Below, piece after piece: positions 38,507 through 39,197 of a stretch of 39,197 nt of DNA. Numbering within the stretch: the first letter of the stretch is position 1; every line of letters starts with the position of its first letter. The position numbers and the translations under genes were made by a program. The stretch lies in the NCBI GenBank assembly GCA_943914115.1, contig CALUAU010000001.1, positions 1-39,197 on the forward strand. Reading direction: 5' to 3'. Under the pieces are notes generated by a model. That model was not told the origin of the DNA. It ran no database searches and was given only the letters and a program-made list of their open reading frames with translations. The stretch comes from an uncultured Microbacteriaceae bacterium (lineage in GTDB: Bacteria; Actinomycetota; Actinomycetes; Actinomycetales; Microbacteriaceae).

Positions 38507-39109
38507 GTGCGAAAACCGAACGATCAGCGTGGCCAGACTCCGCGCGAGCCAGCTCAGACCTATCAATGGCATGATCGACGGTCTCCGAACACCGGACCCA
38601 TCGCACTCATTGCCGCTGCATCCGCCGACTCTGCCGCGCATCCCGGGGACCAGCCGCGGCAGTTCAGCTGGCCGTGGTTTCGTCAACTGCTCTCGCAGTT
38701 GCTGAAGTTTGGCCTGGTGGGAGGCACCGGTGTCATCGTCGACTTCGGTGTGTTCAACCTGCTGCGCGGCACGGTGCTGTCGCCCGATGATTGGCGTTGG
38801 GGGCCGATGCTGGCCACCATCATCGCGACTGTCGTCGCCATTTTGTGGAACTGGGTGGGGAACCGGCTTTGGACCTTCCGCGAGCACCGCCGTGATGCTG
38901 GCGCCACCCGCGAGGCGGTCGAGTTTTTCTTGGTGAGCCTTGCCGGGATGGTGATCGGGCTGATTCCGCTGTGGATTTCGCACTATCTGCTTGGGATGAC
39001 CTCGGTGGCCGCCGACAATATCGCGAAGCTCGTCGGCATTGGAGTTGGCTCTGTTTTTCGCTTCCTGCTCTACCGCTGGTGGGTGTACGCACCCCACCGC
39101 GTCAGCTAG
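38507..39109 (+). CDS. GtrA-family small membrane protein (putative polyprenyl-P-sugar flippase)
   Basis: QLLKFGLVGG, WNWVGNRLWTF and FRFLLYRWWVY motifs; 4 TM segments; start uncertain. Confidence 0.88.
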   Translation: MRKPNDQRGQTPREPAQTYQWHDRRSPNTGPIALIAAASADSAAHPGDQPRQFSWPWFRQLLSQLLKFGLVGGTGVIVDFGVFNLLRGTVLSPDDWRWGPMLATIIATVVAILWNWVGNRLWTFREHRRDAGATREAVEFFLVSLAGMVIGLIPLWISHYLLGMTSVAADNIAKLVGIGVGSVFRFLLYRWWVYAPHRVS

Positions 39110-39197
39110 TCAGCCCCTTCACTTCGCCGGCGCGAGCAGCTCGACACTGCTGCGCATCCCGGCAAGTGTTCGCGCCCGATCACCCTCCCCGCCGCAT

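Noticed and set aside
38226..38606. Extended purK start, or a purine riboswitch in the leader
   Set aside because: The extension is not PurK-like and overlaps gtrA. Only a short GCGCGCAA/TTGCGCGC hairpin (38363-38387) is visible, with no recognisable aptamer motif.
39110..39197. Possible 3' end of a minus-strand gene
   Set aside because: Too short; two frames are open and neither has a recognisable motif.

Overview
High-GC actinobacterial chromosome segment. Gene order and protein style suggest Microbacteriaceae (inference). Most of the window is a cell-envelope rhamnose-polysaccharide locus next to purK-purE-LCP and gtrA. It encodes dTDP-L-rhamnose synthesis (rmlC-rmlA, and separately rmlB-rmlD), two RgpF-family proteins, Wzm/Wzt ABC export, a pyruvyltransferase, several GT2/GT4 enzymes (one a GT2-GT4 fusion), a polyprenyl-P-GT/GT4/flippase-like/YfhO decoration module, an OatA-like acyltransferase and an O-antigen-ligase-like protein. 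At the left edge is a large secreted, probably sortase-anchored protein that the ORF track missed because it runs off the window, preceded by a lipoprotein. Two inserts are not explained by glycan synthesis. (1) A low-GC four-gene cassette at 24.8-28.3 kb encodes a small cationic Sec-secreted protein, a perfect 17-bp stem-loop, two membrane proteins and a BcrA/LanF-like ABC ATPase, which resembles a bacteriocin plus immunity system. (2) A solitary AbiEi-like/PD-(D/E)XK nuclease gene at 33.8-34.8 kb is bracketed by two 66-bp palindromic repeats whose arms are in direct orientation but whose 26-bp cores are flipped; this is a candidate REP-associated mobile unit. The two RgpF paralogs appear to have degenerated in complementary domains.
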